Source: Octopus sinensis
Taxonomy: Eukaryota
Assembly: GCF_006345805.1 (NCBI RefSeq)
Contig: NC_043003.1
Location: 71,362,001 to 71,426,000, forward strand
Reading direction: 5' to 3'
Length of the DNA: 64,000 bases
The position numbers and the translations under genes were made by a program. Each line of letters starts with the position of its first letter. Position 1 is the stretch's first letter. The notes under the pieces are model-generated. The model was not told the DNA's origin and ran no database searches. It saw only the letters and a list, made by a program, of their open reading frames with translations. Positions 26,572 to 38,070 of the stretch are shown here, one piece after another.

Positions 26572-27430
26572 CGTTGTAAAGTGGTCTTTTGCCACTGTTG
26601 TATCTATCTTTTGATAACAGTTGTCCCTCTGACAGATATTGTTATATTCTAAAGTCATTGGTAGAATGGTTCTATCTGGCACTGTACGACCCCCAGTCGT
26701 ACAGTGTTATTATCCTCAAAAGCTTGGATCGTTATAACGTCCACTCAGTATCACAGTATAATTACTATATCAGCTCAGACACGACTATCAATAGTCTACA
26801 TATGCTCTCGACCTTCTCCATGTTGTCTGGCCACTGGTCTATTTATAATAGCTGACCACTACCACTTTTTACCGGGAGGGGTATACAGTTTCACTACACA
26901 ACATCTTTCCTTTTAATTTTTAATTCAACAATCAGTTTCTTTTATTCACCCTACCTCTTCCTTTTTTATATATATATTCAATATTTTTTCTTCTTAGGGT
27001 TTACTTTTAGGAATTCAGTGTTCTTCTTTTCCTTGTACATGTAGTTTCAACTTCTTGTAACAGTGTTGGAACCTGAAAAATGCCAGTCCATCAGCATTTC
27101 TACTCTTGTTTCTTTCCTTTTCTATAACTCTTTCCTTAAGCTGATTTCTATGTCTCCTTTCCATTCCATTTCTGATTCTTACACCATATATCATTCTTCC
27201 TATGTATGTTACAATTTCTCTTTCTTCCCAGTATTATTTGCCATTTTTGTACATTCTTACATATACCTTATCACCGATTCTAAAGAATTTTGGCATGTCT
27301 TTATTAGCACGTATTTTTTTCTTCACTGGTAACAGTTTATCGAAGATTGACTTCACCTTTCTGGCAAACATTAATTCTGCTGGGGAACTTCCTTCTGGCA
27401 CACTGGGTTCGGGAGTTACCCAGTACAGAT
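26572..27430 (-). mobile_element. Second Gypsy family, 3' end: integrase C-terminus, PPT and 3' LTR (26572-26903)
   Basis: VTPNPSVPEGSSPAELMFARKVKSIFDKLLP...GDKVYVRMYK...RRHRNQL. PPT ttaaaaggaaaga directly before TGTTGTG; LTR ends TACAAC(G); TATAAATA inside. Confidence 0.85.
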
Positions 27431-28109
27431 TAACACCCGCACGATTTTCACTAAAAAAAAAAAAAATCGGATTTTTTGCGTGGAATCAAGTACCCTGACA
27501 TTGTAATATGCTGTAAATCCCATATTTTGGTTCAGAAGGAAGGGACCCCACCTCCTTCCGAATTTTAACCAAGGAAAAAATTTTTTTTTAAATTCGTCAC
27601 AGTGTACAAAAGTGTACTGTTGTGGTATGAATGCATGCGTAGAGTAATTGTGTCTGTATGTTCGTGTGTGTGACAGAAGGTACAGATAAAGGTGTATGCG
27701 AATACAACAGAAATACAGGTAAAATTACAGAGCATAAGAGAAGTCTCAGCATATTGACTTACTACAGAGTTAGTTACCAGTTCATGTGGTACACGATAAG
27801 TTCTATAATGGTAAAATTACAGAGAAACGTATAATTTGGCAGCCTGTCGAAATAATTTGTGGAGTAGCAAAAATTTATTACTCGCCGAGGAGATAAATAA
27901 ATATCTAGACAGATATTGATTTTTAGTTTTTAGATTTTTAGATATGGGTTTTTAGTTCAATGCCACCTATTTGGTGATACTGACTGTCATATCACTAACT
28001 ACATCATACCCACATCCAACAGTAAAAAAAAAAAAAAACCTTTGTTATTCAAAGCAATAAACTGAGGAGACATAGATCCCACAAAGCAACTTATGTAAGA
28101 GATCAGAAA

Positions 28110-28502
28110 TCTTTATATATAAAAGTGAGGTTGTGTGCTGTCTGTCTCCTACGATTTAGATTCCTAACTACTCCCACATTTTGCGATGCAGTTTAACCAA
28201 AATCGGGTATCTTATAGTCGTGATTCATATTGAGCCCTTCTGGGTATTAGCGCGCGTCTACGATGAGTCTACGATTTAAAAAAAAATTTACCATCAATTT
28301 TTCCCATTTTTAATGCATTTTTGGCATATATAAGGGAAGTAACTCTCTAAAAATTTATTAAATCTTAGAACGTAAAAAGCTACAGTAATACCCCCACTTT
28401 GTGGTTAGCCATATTGAGATAGCTATTATACTTTACATCTCTAAAAATGCTTATATAGTTATTTCCCTTACAAACCCAAGCAACGCCGGGCGATACTGCT
28501 AG
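28110..28502 (+). mobile_element. Non-autonomous Helitron (393 bp)
   Basis: A|TCtttatatataaaag start, subterminal hairpin cccaagcaacgccggg, CTAG|T end; no TSD. Confidence 0.85.
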
Positions 28503-29494
28503 TTCTAAATAAAAAGAGAAAACAGATGGGAAGTTTCAAACTCTACTTTAGATAACTTTTCATGCTAGCAGCACATTAAAATGCACCCAGTCAATGCAGT
28601 TAACTGGTTTGTATCAGGAAGGGTATTGGGAGGTAAAAACAACATACACAGAATGAGACTGGTGAATTTCAACTGTTGCATGTGCCAGATGATGAAGAAC
28701 TGGGACAAGTAGTGAGAACCCATTCAACCCATGCTAACAACAACAAAAGAAAAAAGAAAAATGCATAAAATGATAATAATAATGATGGAACACAAAATGG
28801 TACCTGCTAGAATATTTAAAGCCATAATGTATAATTCATGAGATAATTGGATACCTGTAATATGTTACTTTCTTTTTGCAGACATCATGTGAAATTTTCT
28901 TCATATTCTAAAATGTTTTACATAGAACTTTTATCTGGAGACAGTAAATAATTACTGTTTAATGTAAACATGCACTATGTTTTGCAAACTGGCATCAAAG
29001 GGAAAACAGTAAACCAGTGCTCATAAAAATGTTAAGGAAATAGATTAAATTACAAACAGAAAATATTTAAATGCAATAGTCATATTTCCAAACAATAATA
29101 CATTTAAAGATTCTTTTATTATTTACAATAAAATTACATCAAGCATACTGTTCAAGGGAATGTTTATGTCTGTTTACCTGAGAAATAAGAGAAAGCTAAA
29201 AGATAAGAGTGATCTTATATTTATGAAATTTGTAAAAATGTTTCTCTAGTGAAATTTCTTAATCATAAATAATTTTTCATATAAGCAGGGTAAACAGTAA
29301 AGTTATGCATTTTACTGCTTTCCTCTTGGATATGAGAAATGGAAAAAAATAATTCTATAGACATTTTCCAATACACACACTATGTAAACTCATTGAACAA
29401 AGATGTTTCACAATAAATTTTAATTAAATCTGTGTCTCAAAAGGAAACGTATCACAATTTAATTACCTTGAGCTATTGTATATGATTTGAGTAG

Positions 29495-29690
29495 TTAAAG
29501 TAGTATGTGAGAATGATTTATTGTTGGCACCATAGTCATTTGGTTTCTCATCTGATGGGAACAATTATGGCAAAATAAACCATCAGTATCACAGAAGGGT
29601 TTACCACATAATTCGCAGTTATCTAGTTCCTTAGAAGTGTGAAGGCATTTGTGAATGAACAAATGAGCACGTTGATTCAATGTATTATCA
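29495..29690 (-). pseudogene. Frameshifted continuation of the ZNF ORF (fingers 13-14 and tail)
   Basis: The shifted frame reads DNTLNQRAHLFIHKCLH-TSKELDN-CELCGKPFCDTDGLFCHNCSH-QMRNQ...; restoring 2 nt (gtctgat to gtctgtgat) gives CDVCDNTL... in frame. Confidence 0.75.
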
Positions 29691-30824
29691 GACATCACAG
29701 TAGAATAATTTATCTTTAGTGTGAGCATATTTGTGTTTATACAACTGACCACTTGCACAGAATCTTTTACCACAGATACCACAGAGATATGGTTTCTCAC
29801 CTGTGTGAATACGTTTGTGTGCAGTTAAGTGGGTACTTGTTGAGAATGATTTACCACAGACTTCACAAGTGTAAGGTTTGTCACCAGTGTGAATACGTTT
29901 ATGGTAAGTTACACTCGATCTCCAAGAGAATGTTTTACCACAAATATCACAGTGATATGGTTTATTCCCATTGTGGGTACTTTTATGGCTAATTAATACA
30001 CTACTTACAGCAAAGTTTTTACCACAAATATCACAGTGGAATGGCTTTTCACCTGTGTGAATAAGCATGTGAGCTGACAGAGAACTACTCATTGAGAATC
30101 CTTTACCACATGAATCGCAGTGGTATGGCTTGTCACCTGTATGTGTCCTCTTGTGAGCAGTCAAAGTAGGTTTCAAAGAAAACGTTTTACCACAGATATC
30201 ACAGTGGTATGGTTTTTCACCTGTATGAATACGTTGGTGACCTGCTAAAACATCATTCCGAGAAAATGCTTTTCCACAAATATCGCAGGGATATGGTTTT
30301 TCACCTGTGTGAACACGTTTGTGCTTCAGTAATGAACCACTGCCAATGAAAGTTTTACCACAGATTTCACAGTCATATCGAGTTTCCCCTGTATGAATAA
30401 ATCTGTGAGTCAGCAAATTTGTCTTCTGAGAAAAAGTTTTATCACAAATATCACAGTCATATGGCTTCTCTCCTGTATGAATACGTTTGTGACTAGATAA
30501 ATGAGAACTTTGAGAGAATGTCTTTCCACAGATATCACATCCATGTGGTTTCTCTCCTGAATGTATTCGCTTGTGACAGTTCATAGAATTTTTTCTTGCA
30601 AACCTTTTGCCACAAACTTCACAATGGTAAATTACTGAACTTTTGTGAATCAATTTATGTTGGATTAAACAACTGTTTTTTGAAAATGTCGTTCCACATG
30701 TTTCACAGGCATATGGTTTGTTTCTTTTATTTCTTTGAGATTGATCAGATAAATCACTACTTTCAGACTGGGTTTCATTATGTTTCTCCTCCATAGTTTC
30801 CTCTTCACAATAAAGTTTTACCAT
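29688..30824 (-). CDS. Tandem C2H2 zinc-finger protein (12 complete fingers, TGEKP-type linkers, no KRAB/SCAN-like N-terminus)
   Basis: 378-aa ORF with 12 CxxC-x12-H-x3-H units. An in-frame TGA lies immediately before the ATG. The ORF ends in a broken 13th finger (FYCDV*). Confidence 0.95.
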   Translation of the reverse strand: MVKLYCEEETMEEKHNETQSESSDLSDQSQRNKRNKPYACETCGTTFSKNSCLIQHKLIHKSSVIYHCEVCGKRFARKNSMNCHKRIHSGEKPHGCDICGKTFSQSSHLSSHKRIHTGEKPYDCDICDKTFSQKTNLLTHRFIHTGETRYDCEICGKTFIGSGSLLKHKRVHTGEKPYPCDICGKAFSRNDVLAGHQRIHTGEKPYHCDICGKTFSLKPTLTAHKRTHTGDKPYHCDSCGKGFSMSSSLSAHMLIHTGEKPFHCDICGKNFAVSSVLISHKSTHNGNKPYHCDICGKTFSWRSSVTYHKRIHTGDKPYTCEVCGKSFSTSTHLTAHKRIHTGEKPYLCGICGKRFCASGQLYKHKYAHTKDKLFYCDV

Positions 30825-30901
30825 TCAAAATCCAATTCGGGAAAAACTGAAGACATTCTTGATTTTACTCATGAAATTATAAAATCAAATATAAAGAACC
30901 A

Positions 30902-31128
30902 CTAATTCGTTAGCATTCAAACCGGCCTTATCCAGCCAAAATATTTTACCTGTTTTATCTTCAAATCAGTCAGAACTGGCCTCTCACACCTATCCTACAA
31001 TGTCATTTTAAAAATAAACAGTCACATCATCGAAATCTCAAAACTATGTGATAGTGCATGATGAATTCAAAATAATGTAAATAAATAAGCATTACATTTG
31101 ATAGGTTAATCTGAATGCTAGAGGGCTA
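30902..31128. mobile_element. piggyBac-type MITE, decayed (partial relative at ~17740-17935)
   Basis: ttagcattcaaaccggcc ... tgaatgctagagggctaa termini; internal sequence shared with 17760-17930. Confidence 0.55.
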
Positions 31129-31239
31129 AGCATGCATCCAGATATAAAAACAAACAAAAAAAGCAATTCTCATAATCCAGTTGCAGTGTCATGGTATATT
31201 TCTCATGTGTAATCACAAAAAGTTGTTCAAGAAACATAC

Positions 31240-31364
31240 TCTCAGTCACTATAGGAAATTTTTCCGATTGTAATTCGTAGGAGAAATTACAGTCATTTTA
31301 TGTTTGTGACATCATTCTTTTAGCTTTCAAAATATCCTGTGGAATTTCAATGTTGCCAGATATT
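31240..31364 (-). other. Probable 5' UTR exon of the ZNF gene
   Basis: On the minus strand: strong acceptor tatttctttgtttcAG and donor GTatgt, with only short uORFs between them. Confidence 0.45.
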
Positions 31365-31738
31365 CTGAAACAAAGAAATAATATAAGATATAAGTGGTAA
31401 TCAATTCCAAACACAAAGATCAATAGGGAATAGACAATCGATCAGAAACATTTGTAGAGAAATCTCAAATCTAGAAGGTTTACAGTAACAATGTACCAAA
31501 TGAGACTTGGGGCCAGATCAACAAAAGATGAGGAGCCAAAAGATGAGTACCGTGTAACTTGGAATTTCTGTTTGGATTGGGACTTTCCATTTCTTAAATC
31601 AGTATTTCAAAACATCTGCCCTACCCAACCCTTCATCGTGTCTTTGGAACAGCAACCACCAAAATTTATATATATATATTATGTGGTAAAGCTTCAACAA
31701 GTAGAATAGCACTTGATCAGCTAATAGAGTAAAGATAA

Positions 31739-32135
31739 TCTTTATATATAAAAGAGAAGTTGTGTGTCTGTCTCCTACGATTTAGATTCCTAACTACTCC
31801 CACATTTTGCAGTGCAGAGTAACCAAAAGTGGGTATCTTATAGTCGTGATTCATATCGAGCCCTTCTGGGTATTAGCGCGTGTCTACGATGGGTCTACAA
31901 TTTAAAAAAAAATTTACCATCATTTTTTTCCATTTTGATGCATTTTTTCGCTATTATATAAGGGAAGTAACTCTCTAAAAATGTCTAGGATGAGTCAAAG
32001 ATTTAAAAAAAATTTACCATCATTTTTTTTCCATTTTTAATGCATTTTTTTGCTATTTTTTGGCTATAACTCTCTAAAAATGCTTATATAGTTATTTCCC
32101 TTACAAACCCGAGCAACGCCGGGCGATACTGCTAG
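31739..32135 (+). mobile_element. Non-autonomous Helitron (397 bp), same family as 28110
   Basis: A|TC start, cccgagcaacgccggg hairpin, CTAG|T end; internal tandem duplication in place of a segment of the first copy. Confidence 0.85.
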
Positions 32136-32683
32136 TATTATAATAAAAACCACAAGTCTTGCCAACTACAGGTGCCATTTTTCAAGTTGAGAGCAAGACC
32201 TTTTTGAGCAGATGATGTTTAAACAAGGGAGGCTCATAAGGAAAAAGACAAAAAGAAAAACTCAAGGGAGATAACCAATGTTACACTAAATCTATGTCAA
32301 GCAGATATAAACAAGATGTTAATAATTTACTATGTGTCTGAGAGCCTATCTTTAAATTCCATGAAGATGTATTTCTTTAAAAATGGACATACAGAAAAAA
32401 TCTCATTCCTGGAATTTATGTAGTCATTGGAGGCTCTCAAATTCTTTAAGAGATATAGTTTTTCAAGAGAACATACTAAACATTTTTGGACCTGTTTATA
32501 GAGAGTCTGGTTTTGGAAAGAATTTTTCATTTGTTGTTGAAACTGGTCTTTTTGTCTTCAACATCAAATGAAAAATCCTCTCCACAACCAAATGCTGTAT
32601 TTTTGAACTCTTCAAAAACTATATCTCTTAAAGAATTTGAGAGCCTCCTATCACTACATAAATTCTAGAAATGATAACATATA

Positions 32684-32885
32684 TCATTATCATCATCGTT
32701 TAACATCTGCTTTCCATACTGGCATGGGTTGGACGGTTTGATTGAGGACTGGCAAGCCAGAAGCTGTACCAGGCTCCCGTAGTTAGTGATTTCAGGATCA
32801 GGGCTAAATGGATGCCCAGAAGACAACCAGCATGGAAAAGAAGGGTCTGGAAGCTTAAGGATCCTGTGAATGGACAGAGATTGAG
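32684..32885 (-). mobile_element. RTE-type 3' tail element
   Basis: catcatcgtttaacatctgctttccatactggcatgggttggacgg... Confidence 0.7.
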
Positions 32886-34474
32886 AGTCCATGTGGGGTT
32901 TTTTTTAACCACCAAAGAGCTGAAATATTGCAACATGCATGGAGAAAAAGAAGAAATGTAAATTACCATTTACTATTGATTAAAGAAAATGTGAAAGAAA
33001 TATAAATGACATTGATTTCTATTAATTTTAAAGCTAAATGAAACAAGATCTGTGAAACTATACAATGCATTTTATGAAATTTATAAAAAAGCATGTTTGA
33101 AACGGTAAATTAAACAGTATAATACTGTCTAATGCATTTTATGAAATTCAGAAAAGCATTATTTATGTTGTCACCAACAAAATTCTAATAAATAAGTAGA
33201 GAATAGAGCATTTAAGGTGTCATGCATGTTACGATATTTCTTCTTGACGTTACTCCACATTCCCTCCACCATATTCATGCGTATTGTGGAGTCATTGGGG
33301 TCAACAAAATTGGCACTATGGTTCACACTGGAATGATTTGGCAGAGCATTATATACCTGGCAACAGTCCGTTACAATCTTAATTCCTGGAGCACGCATTC
33401 ATTAATTATTGGTAATAATGTGACGGCGCTTCTGTCTAAGACGGGAACTAAAACACACCTTTAAAGTGCCATGTTCTACCATTCCAAGTACATAGTGGCT
33501 GCCTTCCTGGTAATGACTGCAATGGTACTTTTGGTGCATAAACTTGGATTCGTCAATTTCCACAACAACATCCTGTCTCCCAAGTTGGACAGGATTGTCA
33601 ATGTACCACATGGCACAAATGTCGCAGAAGTAATTGTGCCAGTTAATAATTGTTTCAGATGTGACCCCAACTTGCTTCATCACAACAGACTGTTTACAGT
33701 CCATTTCGGTCCAGTAGTAAATCAAATTTACAAGCTGTGTCAACAGTAGACGGGCACCCAAGAAAAAGGATTCTTGCCTTAAACTCTGATACCTGTTGCA
33801 AATGGAACATCTCCACATTCTTACTTCAGATACTGTCTTCCACGGTGTAAGGAACATAGGCTCATTACAACACCTGGAAGAATTGTGGATCAATCCTATA
33901 GATGTTAAGAATTGGATTGTTGAAGTCATGTTATTTGTTACGACTTGAATGTCACTCAGAATGCAATTTTTTTTGCATCAAATCCTTATGAAAAGCTCTG
34001 GTGAGCCAAGATTCTTAGCATCAAGTTACATGACCCAGTGTTTTGCCAAATTAGTTGCAGTTATTGGTCAGTATCAATTGTCCAGTTGTGTGTTTACAAC
34101 AATTTGTTCCCAACATGGGAAAAAAGGCCATCAGTCTGTGAATCCACCAGTTTTCAGCCTTGCTATCTCTTTCTTTCTAAGTTATAGGATTGACACCTAC
34201 ACACCTGCATCAAACCTTGACCATTAAATTTTAGAATGGCTGGACGATATCGGATTGTTGAGTCAGCCATTGCTATTAATGATTTCATAAAATGCGTTGT
34301 ATAGTTCCACAGACCTTGTTTCATTTAGCTTTAAAATTAATAGAAATTAATGTCATTTATATTTCTTTCTTTTGCATTTTCTTTAATCAGTAGTAAGTGT
34401 TAATTTACATTTCTTTCTTTTCTCCATGCATGCTGCAATATTTCAGCTATTTAGTAGTTAAAAACACATGGACT
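32886..34474 (-). mobile_element. Merlin (ISXO2/IS1595-like DDE) transposon with ~200-bp TIRs
   Basis: 32886-33082 is the reverse complement of 34281-34474. Transposase 33929 to 33171 with a CxxC finger, VVEIDESKF, IVTDCCQVYN, VNHSANFVDP and VEGMWS; frameshifted. Confidence 0.88.
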
Positions 34475-34604
34475 ATAATAATTAATACAGCTTTTCTGAT
34501 GTTCATCTTGGAAATTTATGGATTTTACAAACAAAATGAAGCCGATAAGAACAAATATGCAAGGCTTTTGGCATTGTTTTTGTTATATCTACATTCCACA
34601 CACA

Positions 34605-34669
<65 letters not shown>

Positions 34670-34752
34670 CTTCACACACAAAATCACATTTTCAATATCA
34701 CATGGATCTGTATCGTTCGATCTCTGTGGCTTTCTCACTAGAAGGTGGGTAG

Positions 34753-35358
34753 TGTAAAAACTAACACTCCCTTTCTCCGAGCTTAGATTCAAAACCGAAT
34801 CTAAGGATTCCTGCTCGTCTGATCCACCACTGACCAAACAGGCGCAAAAGAAATTTCTTTGTCCTGTCAAAAAATGATGGATTGTTTCCCTTTGACCCCA
34901 AGCATGTTGGGTGAAGTTCAAATGGACAGGAGTCGACCTATTTAGGCACAATTTCTCCTGTGGTATGTCTGTTCTTCTAGCTGCCACAACTTGTTATAAA
35001 TACAGTAATCCATAAAGGGGCGGACAGTCAAGTCAGGGACGGAGAGAGACACGCACGAGATAGCAGGCCAATATTTTCTCAGATATTCAACATAAATGAC
35101 CAACACACATAGACACCAAACATTCAATTCTACCCTATCATATTCACAGATGTATCCTGTTGATTTCTTCACCAGCTCGAAGCAGTTGGCAACGAATTGA
35201 TGTAGTGAAAATTTGTTTATAGCACAAGAAAATGCAAGTGCCATTTAAATAAATTATTTAAACTACAAACTGATGTTATTCCATTGTTTACTTTGAAGGC
35301 ATCTACATGACTCTTGCATCTGTTACCTCAACATCTTCTGATACACTTTTCCACTACA
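34753..35358 (+). mobile_element. Solo LTR of the same family as 24282-24855
   Basis: TGTAAAAACTAACAC...CCACTACA, colinear with the first LTR; no PBS after it; no clear TSD. Confidence 0.85.
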
Positions 35359-35790
35359 TATGTGGAAATAGATGAAACAGCTTTTGTCTGACAAAAGTTT
35401 AATGTTGGTCACACAATGGGTGTTCGGTGGTATTGAATTAGGGAAAGGAAGAAAGTGCTTTTTGGTTGCAGTTCCAGATAGATCAGCTGAAATGTTATTA
35501 CCAATAATTCAACAATATATATGCCCTGGAACAACAATAATATCCAATTTATGAAAGGCTTATAACAACATTGCAAACCTTGGTTATAATCATGTCACTG
35601 TCAATCACTCAGTTACTTTCATTCATCCTATTTCACATGCTTCAAGCAATCAAGTAGAGGTAATGTGGAACTGTGCCAAAAAATGGAATAGAAGAGAAAT
35701 TGAAACAGCAACGACATGTCTTAATAGTTGCTTAGTTGAATTCATGTGGCGATATCAATTTAATGATGATCCATTCTAGAATCACTTAAT
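35359..35790 (+). mobile_element. Second Merlin transposase fragment
   Basis: YVEIDETAF...QWVFGGIELGKGRKCFLVAVPDRSAEMLLPIIQQYICPGTTIISN...VTVNHS...VEFMWR. Confidence 0.85.
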
Positions 35791-35810
35791 TGGTATGTGA
35801 GATGTTTATA

Positions 35811-36070
35811 ATCATCATCATCGTTTAACGTCCGTTTTCCATGCTAGCATGGGTTGGACGGTTTGAACGGGATCTGGGAGCCAGAAGGCTGCACCAGGCT
35901 CCAGTTTGATCTGGCAGTGTTTCTACAGCTGGATGCCCTTCCTAACGCCAACCACTCCGTGAGTGTAGTGGGTGCTTTTTACATGCCACCGGCACAGGTG
36001 CCAGGCGAGGCTAGCAACGGCCATGATCGGATTGGTGCTTTTTACGTGCCACCGGCATGGAAGCTAGCCA
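35811..36070 (-). mobile_element. RTE-type 3' tail element
   Basis: (CAT)n tail plus two ggtgctttttacgtgccaccggca repeat units. Confidence 0.8.
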
Positions 36071-36079
36071 ATTATAATC

Positions 36080-36720
36080 TATAATTTTTTTTAGATAAAA
36101 TGTTTTGCTAGTATTTTAGTTTTAATTTTCCTTTCTTATTTAATATATTTTGGCTGTCACGCTTAAATTTTCATTTTTTATCTTATTAAATATATTTTAG
36201 CTGTCACTATTAACACTAAATGTAATCAAATAAAATTTATAATATTTTTAACAAACGAAACTAAATCATATTTAAGCCGCCATGCTTAAACGAAACGAAA
36301 GTAAATCATATTTAAGTTCTCATGCTTAAACGAAAAAGCGCCTAGCTCTCCAAAACAGACCACGTACAAATTCGTTCTTCACAATATCTACAGCTGCTTT
36401 CTATGATCCATCCCATTCTTATAAAAATGGTGCCGAAGGTAAAGAATGCACACACCCAGTGGTTATAGTTACGCCGTAAAAGGGTGGTGTGCGTATTCGT
36501 TACCTCCGCCAAAATGATAATTCTGTCCAAATGCCTTATCGGTATTTTTTTTTCTCGATATTTTAATATCCATATCGAAAGAATGCCGCTTTAACATTTA
36601 CTCCATAAATATTTTGTTGTCAATGCTGCCCTTTCCTGTATCACCTGTTTCAACATAAACGTAATATATAGAAACTATGCTGGTTTTTTAATCCCGAACA
36701 ACGCCGGGTATCTCTGCCGG
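36080..36720 (+). mobile_element. Helitron-like element, 3' part
   Basis: Hairpin cccgaacaacgccggg (36693-708) with a mutated terminus (CCGG for CTAG); ~45-bp internal tandem repeats; 5' end not identified. Confidence 0.5.
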
Positions 36721-37689
36721 TAAATACATAGAACACACTTGCGCGCGTACACACGTACACCCATTAGTTTCCTCTTCCACTTCGACACGTCAAACAGAAC
36801 GAACACGCACACAAGAGTGTTTACAGTTAACAGAAAAACACGTGCTCACGGAAAGTGACGAAGATAATGGCATTTCTGTGATAACTCTCAGACTGAAAAT
36901 AAGTGAATGCCCGGAGTGCTTTGTCAGCGATCTGGTCGCCAGCAGAGATATTCCTTGTTTAGCTGTTTGTCACTTCGGACTGAATACTTGTGGTCAAAGA
37001 TATTCCAGGCGTAACCACTCCATCTAATGAAAGGTACTACTAGCGAACAGTGGTCCCGGTGCGTGCACACGCGCAAGCTAATCGCAAGTAGTCAACCCTA
37101 CGACTTTTAAACCCTAACCCTAACCTGAAACATATCTCGGATTACCATTATTGTAATGTTCTTCCATTAAAAAAAAATGTAGTTGTAAATCATTCGAGAG
37201 ATTTTTAGCTGTTATTTCTAACATATAAAGTGAACACGTAAAAGCTATGAGTTCGAAATACATGATATCAACACTAAATTATTCCCTTCATAATTTTACA
37301 CGTGGTTTTGGGGAATAACACTTGCTTATTAGCTTAATGTAACACAAAATTAACGATTGAATTATACAGAGAAAGAAAGAGATGGAAACTAATCCACTTA
37401 CTACTAATTCTAAAAACGGACCAGAATATATCAACATTTTTTTTTCCATAAAAAAAAATCTATTTAACAATGTGCTTAGGATGCTGACTTGGGAGTTAGT
37501 CGCTAAACGAATAACAGAAATATTCAAAAGTTAAAGGAGACAAAAAATATATACAGGCAAGAATTTTAAAGAGGAAAAGAGTCAGAATGCCTTTGATTTG
37601 CTTCTATAAGAATGACAGAGACCAGTGATCCCTAGTCTACTAAACTTTGAAATGAAGTTGTGGCTGATAGCAAAGGAGTGTAAAATACT

Positions 37690-38070
37690 TATTTCTTTAC
37701 TACCCACAAGGGGCTAAACACAGAGGGGGGGGGGACAAACAAGGACAGACAGACGGATCAAGTCGATTACATCGACCCCGAAAGGATGAAAGGCAAAGTC
37801 GACCTCGACGGAAATTGAACTCACAACGTAACGGCAGACGAAATACCTATTTCTTTATTACTCACAAGGGGCTAAAGACAGAGGGGACAGACATAGGTAT
37901 TAAGTCGATTACATCGACCCCAGTGCGTAACTGGTACTTAATTTATCGACCCCGAAAGGATGAAAGGCAAAGTCGACCTCGGCGGAATTTGAACTCAGAA
38001 CGTAACGACAGACGAAATACGGCTAAGCATTTCGCCCGGCGTGCTAACGTTTCTGCCAGCTCGCCGCCTT
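37690..38070 (-). mobile_element. Dimeric Deu/Nin-like SINE
   Basis: Full unit 37848-38070 plus a headless unit 37690-37847. 16-bp TSD aggagtgtaaaatact / agaagtgcaaaatact (2 mismatches). Confidence 0.88.

Noticed and set aside
29753-29992. Antisense ORFs over the ZNF and over TE ORFs (e.g. 30596-30796, 53256-53600, 55003-55314)
   Set aside because: Shadow frames of real coding sequence on the opposite strand.
33171-33929. ISXO2/IS1595-like transposase as a sign of bacterial DNA
   Set aside because: It sits among host SINEs and microsatellites at host-like AT content; the eukaryotic Merlin superfamily explains it.
36342-36530. 62-aa ORF in a CpG-richer patch inside the Helitron-like region, as a possible captured exon
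   Set aside because: No recognisable protein motif in any frame and no convincing splice pair; it cannot be supported without a search.
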